DNA of 64,000 nt from Alphaproteobacteria bacterium (GCA_043721315.1 JAYSQZ010000036.1:533-64532); one strand, 5' to 3'; positions 30,891 to 41,642 are shown, counted from the first letter of the stretch. Notes: generated by a model from the sequence alone, not told the origin. Numbers and translations: made by a program.

Positions 30891-32361
30891 GCCCATACAG
30901 CGTTAAATCGAACGGTACCGCCCTGGCTAATGGCAGCGGGCGGATCGCCAGAGTGATACGCGCGAGCGGCACCAAGCTGCCCTCGGCCCGGCCTGCGGCA
31001 AGAGCGGGGGCACGGGCGAGGGTTGCTTCGGCAATATCGGTTTGCACGAGGGCGTAGGTTGCGCGGAAGTTCGGATCGCGCAGCGCTAAAGGCTCAAACA
31101 CGCTCACTTGCGGCGGCGACCAGGAGGGCAGGGCGTGCAGAAACGCCCGTTCGGGGAAATCCCGGCGCAACGCCAGCCACGCTCGTTGATCGGCAGCGAT
31201 AACACCCGGTTGGGTTAGATAGGGTTTCAGCAGCGGCCCCAGCGCCGCGCCATCGCGCCCCTCGGCTTGTAGAACCCCAACACTGCCCATTAACCCAAGC
31301 ATCGCGGTGGCGGCCAACGCTCCCCCAGCAAGGCCAAGGCGGGCGACAGGCTTCATCCAGTCTTTGCGGCTCGCCCAGACGGCGGCAAGGCAGAGCGCCA
31401 GCGCCACCGACAGCCCAAGCAGGCGCGGATTGAACGGATAGAGCAGGGCGGGCAGCATTAGCAACAGCACCACCCCGGCCCAGGCCCGCGCCTCCCTCCG
31501 CAGCAAGGCGAGCAGGAGCACGGCGAAAAGCGCCAAACTTTCGGGCAGGGTTTCCCGCTGCCCCTGCCAAAAGCCGGGATCGGCAAAGCGGCTCAGGAGT
31601 TCCGCCGTGCCATAATGCGCGGCCCCGTTGGTGAGAACCTGCGCGGTAAACTCCGCCGGATAACGCCCGATGTAGAGCAGGAACGGCGCAATCGCCAGCG
31701 TAAATCCCAGCGCGGTCCAAAGGATCACGCGGCGGTTGGGCGATGTTGGGAACAGCCGCAGCAGCCCCGTTTCGATCAGCAGCGCGGCAAGGCCAACAAA
31801 GGGCGCGGTGGGGTAATAGGCCAGCCCGGCTACTCCCACCAATACCCCGCGCCCAAGGGCCGCCGCCCGGCCCGCGACGGGGACTAGCGCTAAAAATCCC
31901 AAAAACGCCACCAGAACCGCGCCTTCATAGCGCACATACAGCGCGCCCCGCAGAATGGTTTGCGCGCCGAAAACCGTGAGCGCCGCCAACCCCGCCGCGT
32001 TCGGCGTGGCACCAGCCCGCCGGGCGACGCCATAAACGAGGACCGAGGCCAGCATCATCATCAGCACGCTCGGCGCGCCCACAGCCGCCGCCGTTAGCCC
32101 GCCAACCCAAAGGGCAAGGGTTTGCAAGAGCATAACGATGGGCGGCAGAAAATCGGCGGTGGCACTGCCCACCCCATCGGCGTGAATCAGCCGCTTCGGC
32201 GTTCCGGTCTGAAGGAGTTGATAAGCGCTTTCGGTGAACCAAATTTCGTCGCCGGTCAGGGCTGCCGGATAAAGCCCAGCGCGCAGGATCAGGACGATCA
32301 GCGCAACCCCCCAGGCCGCCCACAGCCACAGCGGCACCCGTGCAAAAGAGGAGATCGGCAT
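30877..32361 (-). CDS. Polytopic membrane protein, probable GT-C fold glycosyltransferase (ArnT/PMT-like)
   Basis: Many hydrophobic helices; DE motif (GDEIWF) after TM1; soluble C-terminal domain. Confidence 0.6.
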   Translation of the reverse strand: MPISSFARVPLWLWAAWGVALIVLILRAGLYPAALTGDEIWFTESAYQLLQTGTPKRLIHADGVGSATADFLPPIVMLLQTLALWVGGLTAAAVGAPSVLMMMLASVLVYGVARRAGATPNAAGLAALTVFGAQTILRGALYVRYEGAVLVAFLGFLALVPVAGRAAALGRGVLVGVAGLAYYPTAPFVGLAALLIETGLLRLFPTSPNRRVILWTALGFTLAIAPFLLYIGRYPAEFTAQVLTNGAAHYGTAELLSRFADPGFWQGQRETLPESLALFAVLLLALLRREARAWAGVVLLLMLPALLYPFNPRLLGLSVALALCLAAVWASRKDWMKPVARLGLAGGALAATAMLGLMGSVGVLQAEGRDGAALGPLLKPYLTQPGVIAADQRAWLALRRDFPERAFLHALPSWSPPQVSVFEPLALRDPNFRATYALVQTDIAEATLARAPALAAGRAEGSLVPLARITLAIRPLPLARAVPFDLTLYGPKPS

Positions 32362-32387
32362 AGGGTTTAACTGGCTCAAGGTTTGGC

Positions 32388-33497
32388 TCAAGGTTTGGGG
32401 GGCGCAAGCCAACCGGGAAAGAAACGCTTCAGCAGTTTATAAGCGGGCGGCACCAACAGCACCACTATCGTAATCCGCACGACATGGTGAGCGGCCACAT
32501 AGGCGGTATCGCCGCCGAGATAGAGGGCGATCAGGCTCATTTCGGCAAGACCGCCCGGCGCGAAGGCCAAAATGGCCGAGGTGAGCGGCAGGCCGGTGGT
32601 GGCATGAACGATCCAGGCGACGATGAGGCAAATGAGCAGCATCAACACGGTCAACCCGAAGGCCATGACGAACGTGCGCCCGAAAAACTGCGTTGGCGTA
32701 TTGCGAAACCGCGCCCCCAAACTCGCGCCGATAATCGTTTGCGCCAGGGCGATGAGAAGGGCAGGGGGGGCGGATTGGGTCAATCCCCCCAAATGAACCG
32801 CCGCCGACAGCAGCATCGAGCCCGTGAGTTGTGGGGCGGGCAGGCGGCAGAGCCGGGCAAAGGGCGTACCGCAGAGGGCGCAGACTCCGAGAAGCACCAT
32901 ATCCACCAGCGGTGGCCACGCGGCGAGGGACAGGCTGATGGGGGGGCTGACATAGCCCGTGGTAAAGCGAAACCAGATGGGGAGAATAAGAACGGTAAGA
33001 ACGATCCGCAGGGCGTGCAGCAGCGATAAGCGGCGCTCGTCTCCCCCTTCTATCCCGCCGATCATAGTCATTTCTGTCAGACCGCCCGGCACCGAGGCGA
33101 AGTAGGCGGTGATCCGGTCCAGCCCGGCCCAGCGTTGCATCACCACTTTCCCGGCCCAAACGGTTATGGCAATCAACGGGATGAGCCAGAGCAGCGAGAC
33201 CGCCCACGCTCCCATCTGGTGCAGCATGTTGGGGGTGAAGGCACTGCCCAGCAGTACGCCGAGAATCGAGATCATCACAGACCGCAAGCGCGGCGCGGCC
33301 TGCACGGGCGCGCCCGCAATCGCCGCCACGGTCACGGCCACCAGCGCGCCGATCATAAACGCCAGCGGAAAATGCAGTAGGTAGAACAGCACGCCCCCGG
33401 CAAAGCCGAGACAGAGGGTAAAGCCGATCCGGGTGGCCGTCTTGCGCCGCGTTTGCGGCGGGTGGGGGTCACTCAGCGGCGGGGGGGGGTCAACCAT
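32388..33497 (-). CDS. AbrB family membrane protein (AbrB/AidB-regulator type, duplicated domain)
   Basis: Two repeats containing PGGLTEM and PGGLAEMSLIAL, LLHALRI/AHHVVRI. Confidence 0.88.
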   Translation of the reverse strand: MVDPPPPLSDPHPPQTRRKTATRIGFTLCLGFAGGVLFYLLHFPLAFMIGALVAVTVAAIAGAPVQAAPRLRSVMISILGVLLGSAFTPNMLHQMGAWAVSLLWLIPLIAITVWAGKVVMQRWAGLDRITAYFASVPGGLTEMTMIGGIEGGDERRLSLLHALRIVLTVLILPIWFRFTTGYVSPPISLSLAAWPPLVDMVLLGVCALCGTPFARLCRLPAPQLTGSMLLSAAVHLGGLTQSAPPALLIALAQTIIGASLGARFRNTPTQFFGRTFVMAFGLTVLMLLICLIVAWIVHATTGLPLTSAILAFAPGGLAEMSLIALYLGGDTAYVAAHHVVRITIVVLLVPPAYKLLKRFFPGWLAPPKP

Positions 33498-33552
33498 AAG
33501 GCTATCCTGGCACGGCAGGGGGCGGCTGACCAATTCCCAAGCTGCACAGCCG

Positions 33553-34341
33553 CTATGGCAGGAACTGTTCCTTCAGAATCCGCTCTTCCAGCGTGTGATC
33601 CGGGTCGAACAGCAGGGTCAGGCCGAGGCTGCGGTCTTCATGCGCCTCCACTTTCACCACATCGCGCACTTCGGTATAATCCGCGACAGCGCTAACGGGG
33701 CGCTTATCGGCGTCTAAAACCTCGAAGCTGACCGAAACGGTATGGGGCAGCAACGCGCCACGCCAGCGCCGGGGCCGGAACGGGCTAATCGGCGTGAGGG
33801 CCAGCACGCCCGCGCCGAGCGGCACAATCGGCCCGTGGGCGGACAGATTATAGGCCGTGCTGCCAGCGGGGGTTGAGATAAGCAGCCCGTCGCAAATCAA
33901 CTCCTCCATCCGCTCGACGCCATCAATCAGAATCCGCAGTTTCGCCGCTTGCCGAGTTTGGCGCAGCAGCGAGACTTCGTTAATGGCAAGGGCATCGCGC
34001 ACGCTGCCGTCGCGCCGGGTTGCCCGCATTCGCAAGGGGTGCAGCGTGACGCGCTGGGCAGCGGCAACCCGTTCTTGCAAGCCATCCTCGTTATACTCGT
34101 TCAGCAGAAAACCAACGGAACCCCGGTTCATCCCATAAATCGGCATCCCGCGATCCAGGTGGCTGTGCAGGGTTTCGAGCATAAGCCCGTCGCCGCCCAA
34201 GGCCACCACGACATCGGCTTCCCACGGGTCCGCCTGCCCATAGCGGGCGGTGAGGCGGGCGAGGGCCTCTTGCGCGGGTTCTGCATCGGAGGCCACGAAG
34301 GCGAGCTTCAGCGGGCCGTGGGGCGAGAAGGGGAATGTCAT
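33553..34341 (-). CDS. nadK: NAD kinase
   Basis: [34 protein letters not shown]. Confidence 0.96.
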   Translation of the reverse strand: MTFPFSPHGPLKLAFVASDAEPAQEALARLTARYGQADPWEADVVVALGGDGLMLETLHSHLDRGMPIYGMNRGSVGFLLNEYNEDGLQERVAAAQRVTLHPLRMRATRRDGSVRDALAINEVSLLRQTRQAAKLRILIDGVERMEELICDGLLISTPAGSTAYNLSAHGPIVPLGAGVLALTPISPFRPRRWRGALLPHTVSVSFEVLDADKRPVSAVADYTEVRDVVKVEAHEDRSLGLTLLFDPDHTLEERILKEQFLP

Positions 34342-34349
34342 AGGAAGGA

Positions 34350-35375
34350 TCAGCCGCCCGTTACGCTCATGTGCCGAGGCACGGCGGGGGCCGTGTGGGT
34401 TCGGTCGATAATGAAATCATGGCCCTTGGGCTTGCGCGCAATCGCCGCCCGGATTGCCGCGATCACCTCGGCATCGCTGCGCCCATCGCGCAACGGTACC
34501 CGCAAATCGGCAGCATCCTCCTGCCCTAAACACATGTACAGCGTGCCCGTGCAGGTGAGGCGCACGCGGTTGCAGCTTTCGCAGAAATTATGCGTGAGCG
34601 GGGTGATGAACCCTAAGCGCTGCCCAGTTTCCGCCACCTGCCAATAGCGGGCAGGGCCGCCGGTTTGGTAGCTGGTTTCGGTAAGGGTCCATCGCTGCAT
34701 CAAATCGGCGCGTACTTGGGCGAGTGGCAGGTACTGGTCCAGCCGAGCCTCGCCGCCAATGTCGCCCATCGGCATAACCTCGATGAACACCAGATCGAAA
34801 CCTTCCTCGCCGCACCAAGCAATCAGCCGATCGAACTCGTCCTCGTTCACGCCCTTGAGCGCGACGGCATTGATTTTAACGGCCAGCCCCGCCGCTTTCG
34901 CAGCCGCCAGCCCATCGAGAACCGGGCCGAGCTTGCCCCAGCGGGTGAGGGCCGTGAATTTATCGGCATCCAGCGTATCGAGCGACACATTGAGGCGCTT
35001 CACCCCCGCCTTCGCCAGGCTTTCGGCATATTTGCCCAACTGCGAGCCGTTGGTGGTGAGGGTGAGTTCGTCCAGCCCCCCGCCGAGGCGGCTGCCCAAG
35101 CGTTCGATAAGCTGCATCACATTCCGCCGAACCAGTGGCTCGCCCCCGGTAAGGCGGATTTTGCGTGTGCCAAGGGCGATGAACGCCGCTGCCAGCCGCT
35201 CTAGCTCTTCCAGAGTCAGCAGGTCGGCTTTCGGCAGAAAGCTCATATCTTCGGACATGCAATAGACGCAGCGAAAATCGCAACGATCTGTTACGGAAAT
35301 GCGAAGATACGAAATCGTTCGCCCAAACGGGTCGATAAGCGGGGTCGGGCCGGAGCGGTGAGCAGCATCAAGCAT
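34350..35375 (-). CDS. moaA: GTP 3',8-cyclase MoaA
   Basis: CDFRCVYC radical SAM motif, [27 protein letters not shown]-terminus; start trimmed. Confidence 0.97.
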   Translation of the reverse strand: MLDAAHRSGPTPLIDPFGRTISYLRISVTDRCDFRCVYCMSEDMSFLPKADLLTLEELERLAAAFIALGTRKIRLTGGEPLVRRNVMQLIERLGSRLGGGLDELTLTTNGSQLGKYAESLAKAGVKRLNVSLDTLDADKFTALTRWGKLGPVLDGLAAAKAAGLAVKINAVALKGVNEDEFDRLIAWCGEEGFDLVFIEVMPMGDIGGEARLDQYLPLAQVRADLMQRWTLTETSYQTGGPARYWQVAETGQRLGFITPLTHNFCESCNRVRLTCTGTLYMCLGQEDAADLRVPLRDGRSDAEVIAAIRAAIARKPKGHDFIIDRTHTAPAVPRHMSVTGG

Positions 35376-35428
35376 ATAAATACTATAGGGAGCCGGGCGG
35401 TAAGTTTCATGGGGAATCGGCAAACAAA

Positions 35429-36010
35429 GTGACGATGATAACGGTGATTCTCGCGGGCGGGATTGGCGCGCGTATTGGCGGCGATAAGGCGTTGCGGCTG
35501 CTGGCGGGGCGTCCGCTGATCGCCCATGTCGCCGAACGCTGCCCGGCACCGCTGTGGATCAACGCTTCAGACCCGCGCCTTGCAGCCTACGGCGCGCTGG
35601 TGCCGGATTTGCCTTCGCCAGGGCAAGGGCCGCTCGTGGGGGTCTGGTCGGCGCTGTGTGCTGCACGTACAGCAGGGTTCGAGACCGTGCTAACCGTTTC
35701 TGTCGATACGCCGTTCCTACCCGTAGACCTGCCGGATCGGTTAGGGGCCGCGCTGGGAGAGGCCGGGGCGGCGGTGGCGGCGACGGCGGAAGGCTGGCAC
35801 GCGACCTGTGCGCTGTGGCGGGTTGCGGCAGAACCCCTTCTCGCGGATCGTTTGGCGGCGGGGCTGTGGTCCTTGCAGGGGGCGTTAAGGGCAGTTTCGG
35901 CGCACGTGGTTGACTTTGAGGCAGTTGACTTTGAGGAAAAATTAACGCCGTTATTCTTCAATATAAATACGCTGGCCGATTTGGCTGTGGCGGAAACGAT
36001 GAGGGAATAA
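35429..36010 (+). CDS. mobA: Molybdenum cofactor guanylyltransferase
   Basis: ILAGG...GGDK, GPLVG, VDTPF, FFNINT. Confidence 0.92.
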   Translation: MTMITVILAGGIGARIGGDKALRLLAGRPLIAHVAERCPAPLWINASDPRLAAYGALVPDLPSPGQGPLVGVWSALCAARTAGFETVLTVSVDTPFLPVDLPDRLGAALGEAGAAVAATAEGWHATCALWRVAAEPLLADRLAAGLWSLQGALRAVSAHVVDFEAVDFEEKLTPLFFNINTLADLAVAETMRE

Positions 36011-36015
36011 AGCCA

Positions 36016-36831
36016 ATGGTTGAGACGAAACTGCGCGTGATCGTTGCCGGGGCTAGCGGCTGGGTGGGACGCGAGTTGGTTCAGGCCATTGCGGCCTCGG
36101 ACGATCTGGTCCTCGTTGGCGCGGTAGCGCGCGGCGTGGCCGGGCAAGATGCCGGAACGCTGGCTGGGCTGAAAGCGCCGCTGGGGGTTCCTGTGCATGT
36201 GAACGTTAAAGACGCGCTGGCGTGCGGGGCCGATGTTCTCATAGATTACACGAAACCCCAGGCCGTGCGCCCGCATGTGGTGGCGGCACTGGACGCCGGG
36301 GTTGCGGTCGTCATTGGCACGTCGGGCCTGACAGCGGAAGATTATTTCGAGATCGATTCGATGGCACGGGCACGTAGCCTGGGCGTTGCGGCGGCAGGCA
36401 ATTTTTCGGTAACAGCGATGCTGCTGAAGCGCTTCTCCCTCATGGCGGCGCAGTATGTGGGGGACGTGGAGATCATTGATTACGCCGGGCCGCACAAGCC
36501 GGATGTGCCAAGCGGCACCGCGCGCGAGCTGGCCGAAGCCTTGGAGAATGCCCGCGAACATCCGCCCACCGCCAAACCCGTTGCCGATATTCTGGGACCG
36601 AAGGAAGCGCGCGGCGCGCAGATTGGCACCGTGCCAGTGCATTCGGTGCGGCTGCCCTCCTACGTGCTGTCCTGCGAAACCCAGTTCGGTCTGCCCGGCG
36701 AGCGCTTGACCATTCGCCACGATGCCGGGCCTTCTGCCGCGCCCTATGTAGCGGGTACGCTGCTGGCGGTGCGGAAAGTCCGCAGTTTCATCGGCCTGCG
36801 CCGGGGGCTAGACGGGATTCTAGACGCCTAG
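36016..36831 (+). CDS. dapB: DapB-family NAD(P)-dependent reductase with non-canonical active site
   Basis: GASGWVG, IDYT, VIGTSG, AGNFS, KPDVPSGTA; the usual HH pair is replaced by AG. Confidence 0.75.
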   Translation: MVETKLRVIVAGASGWVGRELVQAIAASDDLVLVGAVARGVAGQDAGTLAGLKAPLGVPVHVNVKDALACGADVLIDYTKPQAVRPHVVAALDAGVAVVIGTSGLTAEDYFEIDSMARARSLGVAAAGNFSVTAMLLKRFSLMAAQYVGDVEIIDYAGPHKPDVPSGTARELAEALENAREHPPTAKPVADILGPKEARGAQIGTVPVHSVRLPSYVLSCETQFGLPGERLTIRHDAGPSAAPYVAGTLLAVRKVRSFIGLRRGLDGILDA

Positions 36832-36858
36832 CCCGGAACACCCTATACAGCGCAGATT

Positions 36859-37812
36859 ATGCGGATTTTGTTCATCACCGCGACGCGCTTAGGCGATGCC
36901 GTGCTCTCTACAGGCCTGCTCGCATCCTTGCTGGACGCGCACCCCGGCGCGCGCATTACGGTTGCGGGCGGGCCGGTTGCGGCCAGCTTGTTTGCCGATG
37001 TGCCGGGTCTTGATCACTTCATTCCGATGCCAAAACAAAAACGCGGCGGGCATTGGTTTACCCTCTGGCGGCAGGTTATCGGCAGGCGATGGGATCGGGT
37101 GATCGACCTGCGCGGCTCGCTCACGGGTTATTGCTTGCGCGCGGGCCGGGTTCAGCGCTGGCAAAACCCCGTGGAGACGGCGCATCGGTTACAGCAAATC
37201 GCGGTTTGTTTTGGAATCAATCCAATCGTCGCGCCTCGGCTCTGGATTGGTGAGGCCGCGCAGGCGCAGGCGCTGGCGTGGCTGAAACCCGACGCGCGCC
37301 CAATTTTGGTGCTCGGCCCCACCGCTAATTTCATCGGTAAGCAATGGCCGTTAGACCGCTTCGCCGCCCTCGCGCAAGCCCTGACAGGGGAAGGGGGCGC
37401 GTTACAGGATGCGCGTATCCTTTTAATCGGTGCGCCTTCGGAACGACCAGGGGCAGAAGCGCTCTTCGCGGCTTTGCCGCACGCTGAAGACGGGTTCGGG
37501 TTGGAAGATTTGCGGGTCGTCGGGGCGGTTTTGCGGGCCTCTCACCTCTATATCGGCAATGATTCCGGCTTGATGCATCTGGCGGCAGCGGCAGGAGTGC
37601 CCACTTTGGGCTTGTTCGGCCCTAGCCCGCCGCAGCTTTACGGCCCCTGGTCTGGCACAGGGCCGACCGAGTTTGTCACCACCGACCGCTCCTATCCGCA
37701 GCATTGGGAAAAACTGAAAGCGGAGCCTGACTTTCTGCCGCATATGATGGATGATCTGCCGGTCGCGCGCGCGTTGGCTGCGGCTACCGCGCTGTTGAGC
37801 CGAGGGCGCTGA
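36859..37812 (+). CDS. Glycosyltransferase family 9 (heptosyltransferase-like)
   Basis: TRLGDAVL, KQWP, IGNDSGLMHLAAA, TLGLFGP. Confidence 0.92.
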   Translation: MRILFITATRLGDAVLSTGLLASLLDAHPGARITVAGGPVAASLFADVPGLDHFIPMPKQKRGGHWFTLWRQVIGRRWDRVIDLRGSLTGYCLRAGRVQRWQNPVETAHRLQQIAVCFGINPIVAPRLWIGEAAQAQALAWLKPDARPILVLGPTANFIGKQWPLDRFAALAQALTGEGGALQDARILLIGAPSERPGAEALFAALPHAEDGFGLEDLRVVGAVLRASHLYIGNDSGLMHLAAAAGVPTLGLFGPSPPQLYGPWSGTGPTEFVTTDRSYPQHWEKLKAEPDFLPHMMDDLPVARALAAATALLSRGR

Positions 37813-38852
37813 TGGCTGTGATTATCCTTGCCGATGATGGCGTTCCCTTTGATGGCACCAGCCCCGAGACCGGCCCGTTGGGCGGGGCGGAGGCGGCGGT
37901 GATCGGCCTGCTGGAAGCCTTGGCGGCGCGGGGGCATACGGTCACGGCCTATACGCGCTGCCGGCAGCGCGTTTCGGTTCGCGGCGTTGCCTGGCGACCG
38001 CTTGGCGACGGCCTGCCCGAGAGCGCTGATCTCTATATCGCCAACCGTGCCCACCATCTTATCGCTGCCTGCCCGGCGGCTCTGCGGCAGATGTTCTGGA
38101 TTCATAACCCCGCGTCTTACCTGCTGAAGCTGCGCTACCTACTGCCGTTGTGGCGGGTGAAGCCGGTGATCGTGTTTTCCGGGGCCTATCATGCCAGCAC
38201 CTACCCCGCGTGGGCACCCGCAGGCGCGCGCAAGATTGTTCCCTACGGTCTGCCAGATGTGTTTCGTCAGGATAAAACCGAGCGCCCTCCGCCCGCGCCC
38301 GTGGCGATTTTTACCTCCAACCCCTTACGCGGGCTGGATGGCTTGCTGGATCTTTGGGCGGATCACATTCACCCAGTGCTACCACAGGCGCGTTTCCTCG
38401 TTCATTCCGGCCTCGGAACGTATCGCGGCGGGGCGGATCGGCACCGGGCGGCGATGGAAGCTGTTTTGGCGAAAGCCCAAAGCCTCACCGCAAAAGGCGT
38501 GATTTGCCGGGATCCGCTGCCGCGCGCCGAGTTGATCCCCGTGCTAAAAGCCGCGCGCCTCATGTTGTATAGCGGCGACGTGGGCGAAACCTTTTGCCTT
38601 GCCGTGGGGGAAGCGCAGGCGCTTGGCCTGCCTGCCGTCGTTCGGTCTATCGGTTCGCTCCCGGAACGCGTGCGCGACGGGCAAACCGGCTTTGTCGCTG
38701 CCGATGACGCGGCGATGGCGGCGCGGGCGATTGCGCTTCTCAGCGATGATGCCCTTTGGTCCGCTCAGCACCGCGCTGCGCTGGCGATGCAGGGCGCTTG
38801 GGGCTGGGATCATGCGGCTGCCGAGATCGGCACCCTGTTGGCACCTCTCTAA
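37812..38852 (+). CDS. Glycosyltransferase family 4
   Basis: RGLD, ETFCLAVGEAQALGLPAV (E-x7-E), GSLPERV. Confidence 0.88.
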   Translation: MAVIILADDGVPFDGTSPETGPLGGAEAAVIGLLEALAARGHTVTAYTRCRQRVSVRGVAWRPLGDGLPESADLYIANRAHHLIAACPAALRQMFWIHNPASYLLKLRYLLPLWRVKPVIVFSGAYHASTYPAWAPAGARKIVPYGLPDVFRQDKTERPPPAPVAIFTSNPLRGLDGLLDLWADHIHPVLPQARFLVHSGLGTYRGGADRHRAAMEAVLAKAQSLTAKGVICRDPLPRAELIPVLKAARLMLYSGDVGETFCLAVGEAQALGLPAVVRSIGSLPERVRDGQTGFVAADDAAMAARAIALLSDDALWSAQHRAALAMQGAWGWDHAAAEIGTLLAPL

Positions 38853-39874
38853 TGCGCCTGCTGCAAGCGATGGCCGGGGCCAAACATGGTGGGGCTGAGG
38901 CGTTTTTCGAGCGTCTGGCGGCGGCTTTCGTCGCAGCAAGCGTCGATCAGCGCGCGGTAATCCGGCCCGAACCCGCCCGCGAAGCCCGATTGCGGGCGGC
39001 GGGGGTAACGGTTGAAACGCTGCCGTTCGGCGGGATTTTCGACTTTAGTACGCGGCGCGGCCTTGCCCGCCTAACGCAAGACGCCGATATTCTGCTGACC
39101 TGGATGAACCGCGCGACGCAGTTCGCCCGCCCCACGCCGCGCGTGCCGCTGGTGGCGCGCTTGGGCGGTTATTACGATCCTAAATATTACCGCCGCTGCG
39201 ATCATCTGGTGGCCAATACCGAAGATATTTGTCGCTGGCTGCGGGACCAAGGCTTCCCGGCGGACCGCGTGACCTATCTGCCGAATTTCGTCGAACCCCA
39301 ATCGGCGGAACCCCTGCCACGCGCAAGCCTGACCGACCGCGACGGCCCGCTGCTGCTGGCGCTAGGGCGGCTTCACGCGAATAAAGCCTTCGATGTGGCT
39401 TTGGCCGCGCTGGCGGACATTCCGGGCGCGACCTTGCTGATTGCGGGCGAAGGCCCTGATGAATCCAAACTCGTTGCACAAACAAAACAACTAAAGATCG
39501 CCGACCGAGTGCGCTTTCTGGGGTGGCGTGACGATGGTGCGGCGCTGCTGGCCTCCGTGGATGCGCTGCTGGTGCCGTCTCGTCACGAACCTTTAGGCAA
39601 TGTTGTGCTGGAAGGCTGGGCGCAGCGCTGTCCGGTTATCGCAGCGGCTTCGGCAGGGCCGGCATCCTTGCTGACCGACGGGGTGACGGGCCGTCTTGTG
39701 CCGCTGGAGGATGCGTCGGCCTTGGCGCGGGCCGTGCGCGAAACGCTGGCGCAGGCTGACCGAGGGCAGGGGCTGGCGGAAGCGGGATTTGCCGTGCTTC
39801 AGCAAAATTTCTCCAAATCCGCTGTGGTGGCGCGCTATCTTGCGTTCTTCGAGCGGGTTCGAAGCGCGGTTTAG
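38852..39874 (+). CDS. Glycosyltransferase family 4
   Basis: GGAE, GRLHANKAFD, SRHEPLGNVVLE; start at ATG 38852. Confidence 0.9.
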   Translation: MRLLQAMAGAKHGGAEAFFERLAAAFVAASVDQRAVIRPEPAREARLRAAGVTVETLPFGGIFDFSTRRGLARLTQDADILLTWMNRATQFARPTPRVPLVARLGGYYDPKYYRRCDHLVANTEDICRWLRDQGFPADRVTYLPNFVEPQSAEPLPRASLTDRDGPLLLALGRLHANKAFDVALAALADIPGATLLIAGEGPDESKLVAQTKQLKIADRVRFLGWRDDGAALLASVDALLVPSRHEPLGNVVLEGWAQRCPVIAAASAGPASLLTDGVTGRLVPLEDASALARAVRETLAQADRGQGLAEAGFAVLQQNFSKSAVVARYLAFFERVRSAV

Positions 39875-39887
39875 TAAAGGAAACAGC

Positions 39888-41642
39888 ATGTGCGGCATTG
39901 CCGGGATGATGCGGCGCGGCGGGGCTGCGGCCCCTAAAGCCATCGTACAGCAGATGATCGACGCGCTGGCCCATCGCGGCCCGGATGGCGAAGGCATTCA
40001 TCTGCAAGGCGCTGTTGCCCTGGCCCATCGGCGGCTGTCGATCATCGACCTTGAAACCGGCGATCAGCCGTTTTTCGACGGGGCGGGCAACACGCTTATC
40101 GGCAATGGCGAGGTGTATAATTACATCGAGTTACGCGCCGATCTGGCCGGGCAGGTGACGTTCCGCACGACCAGCGACTGCGAGCCGCCGTTGCACCTGT
40201 TCCGCCGCCAGGGCCTTGCGTATGCCGATAGTTTGCGCGGTATGTATGCGCTGGCGATTGCGGCGGCGAATGGCCGCTTGATTCTCACCCGCGATCCGTT
40301 CGGTATTAAGCCGCTGTATTATGCCGAAGTGCCGGAAGGGCTGATTTTTGCGTCCGAACCGCAGGCCCTGTTCGCGAGCGGTTGGATTTCCCCATCCCTC
40401 AACCCGCGCGCCCGCGATGAGCTGCTGCAAATGCAGTTCACCACTGGGGCGGAAACGATGTTCGAGGGCATTTTCCGCGTGCTTCCCGGCGAAACCCTGG
40501 TCGTCATTGATGGCCGCGTTGCCGAGCGCAGCCGGAGAGCAGCGTTACCGGAAGGGGGGCCGGAAACCATTGATGAGGCCAGCGCCCTCGCCCGGCTCGA
40601 TGCGGCTTTGGCCGAAAGCGTTTCAATTCACTGCCGTTCGGACGTGCCCTATGGCCTGTTCCTGTCCGGCGGCATCGATTCGGCCCTGGTATTGAGCTAC
40701 ATGCGCGAGGTCGATAGCCGCCCGGTGCAATGCTTCACGGTTGGCTTCGAGGGGGCTGCGGCGGATGAACGCGCGGCAGCGCGAGCCTTGGCACACGCCT
40801 GCGGGGCGGAGTTTACCGAGATTGGCTTCGGCCAGAAGGATTTTTGGGCGTTACTGCCGCGTGTGGCGGTGGCGATGGACGATCCCGCTGCCGATTACGC
40901 CACCTTGCCCACCTATCTGCTGGCGCAAAAAGCCCGCGCCTCGGTCAAGGTTGTGCTGACGGGGGAGGGCGGCGACGAGATTTTCGGCGGCTATGGCCGC
41001 TATCGGTCGATTCTGCGGCCCTGGTGGCTCGGCGGCAAAGTGCTGCGCGGCAAGGGCACCTTTGCCCGGCTCGGCGTTTTGCAGCAGGAGGGCGGGGCGT
41101 GGCGCGACGGGATCGCCACGGCGGAAATCCACGCCGCGACGCAAGGGCGCTCCCGCCTGCAAATCGCTCAAGCGGTCGATTGCACCGACTGGCTGCCCCA
41201 TGATCTGCTCACCAAACTCGACCGCTGCCTGATGGCTAACGGCCTAGAAGGCCGCACGCCGTTTCTCGATCCGGGTGTCGCCGCCGCAGGCTTCCGCCTG
41301 CCCGATTCGTTGAAACTGCGCGACGGCAAGGGCAAGTGGATTCTGCGCCGTCTGCTGGAAAAGCGCCTGCCGCAAGCCGATGCCCTAGGGCGCAAGAAAG
41401 GCTTCACCGTTCCTGTTGGCGCGTGGCTCTCGGCAGAAAGCGCCCGCCTGGGGCCGCTGCTCGCCCGCCAAGCCTGCATTGCCGAGATCGTCCGGCCCGG
41501 CAAGGTGGAAGCCTTGGCACATTCCACCGAAAAACACGCAGGCTTCGCCCTCTGGTCGCTGCTGTTCTACGCGCTGTGGTATCGCGCGCAGATCGAGCGC
41601 AAGCCGATGGATGGGAGCGTGTGGGAGGTGTTGGCGGGGTAG
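39888..41642 (+). CDS. asnB: Asparagine synthase-family glutamine amidotransferase
   Basis: MCGI Ntn start, HRGPD, HRRLSIID, LSGGIDS, TGEGGDE, DRCLMANGLEGRTPFLD. Confidence 0.9.
   Translation: MCGIAGMMRRGGAAAPKAIVQQMIDALAHRGPDGEGIHLQGAVALAHRRLSIIDLETGDQPFFDGAGNTLIGNGEVYNYIELRADLAGQVTFRTTSDCEPPLHLFRRQGLAYADSLRGMYALAIAAANGRLILTRDPFGIKPLYYAEVPEGLIFASEPQALFASGWISPSLNPRARDELLQMQFTTGAETMFEGIFRVLPGETLVVIDGRVAERSRRAALPEGGPETIDEASALARLDAALAESVSIHCRSDVPYGLFLSGGIDSALVLSYMREVDSRPVQCFTVGFEGAAADERAAARALAHACGAEFTEIGFGQKDFWALLPRVAVAMDDPAADYATLPTYLLAQKARASVKVVLTGEGGDEIFGGYGRYRSILRPWWLGGKVLRGKGTFARLGVLQQEGGAWRDGIATAEIHAATQGRSRLQIAQAVDCTDWLPHDLLTKLDRCLMANGLEGRTPFLDPGVAAAGFRLPDSLKLRDGKGKWILRRLLEKRLPQADALGRKKGFTVPVGAWLSAESARLGPLLARQACIAEIVRPGKVEALAHSTEKHAGFALWSLLFYALWYRAQIERKPMDGSVWEVLAG

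Noticed and set aside
34350-35549. Long N-terminal extensions in the ORF track (moaA, degP, asnB, rpoA, ptrB, SBP, Cache protein)
   Set aside because: These are artefacts of taking the most upstream start; they overlap neighbouring genes or terminators and lack an RBS.
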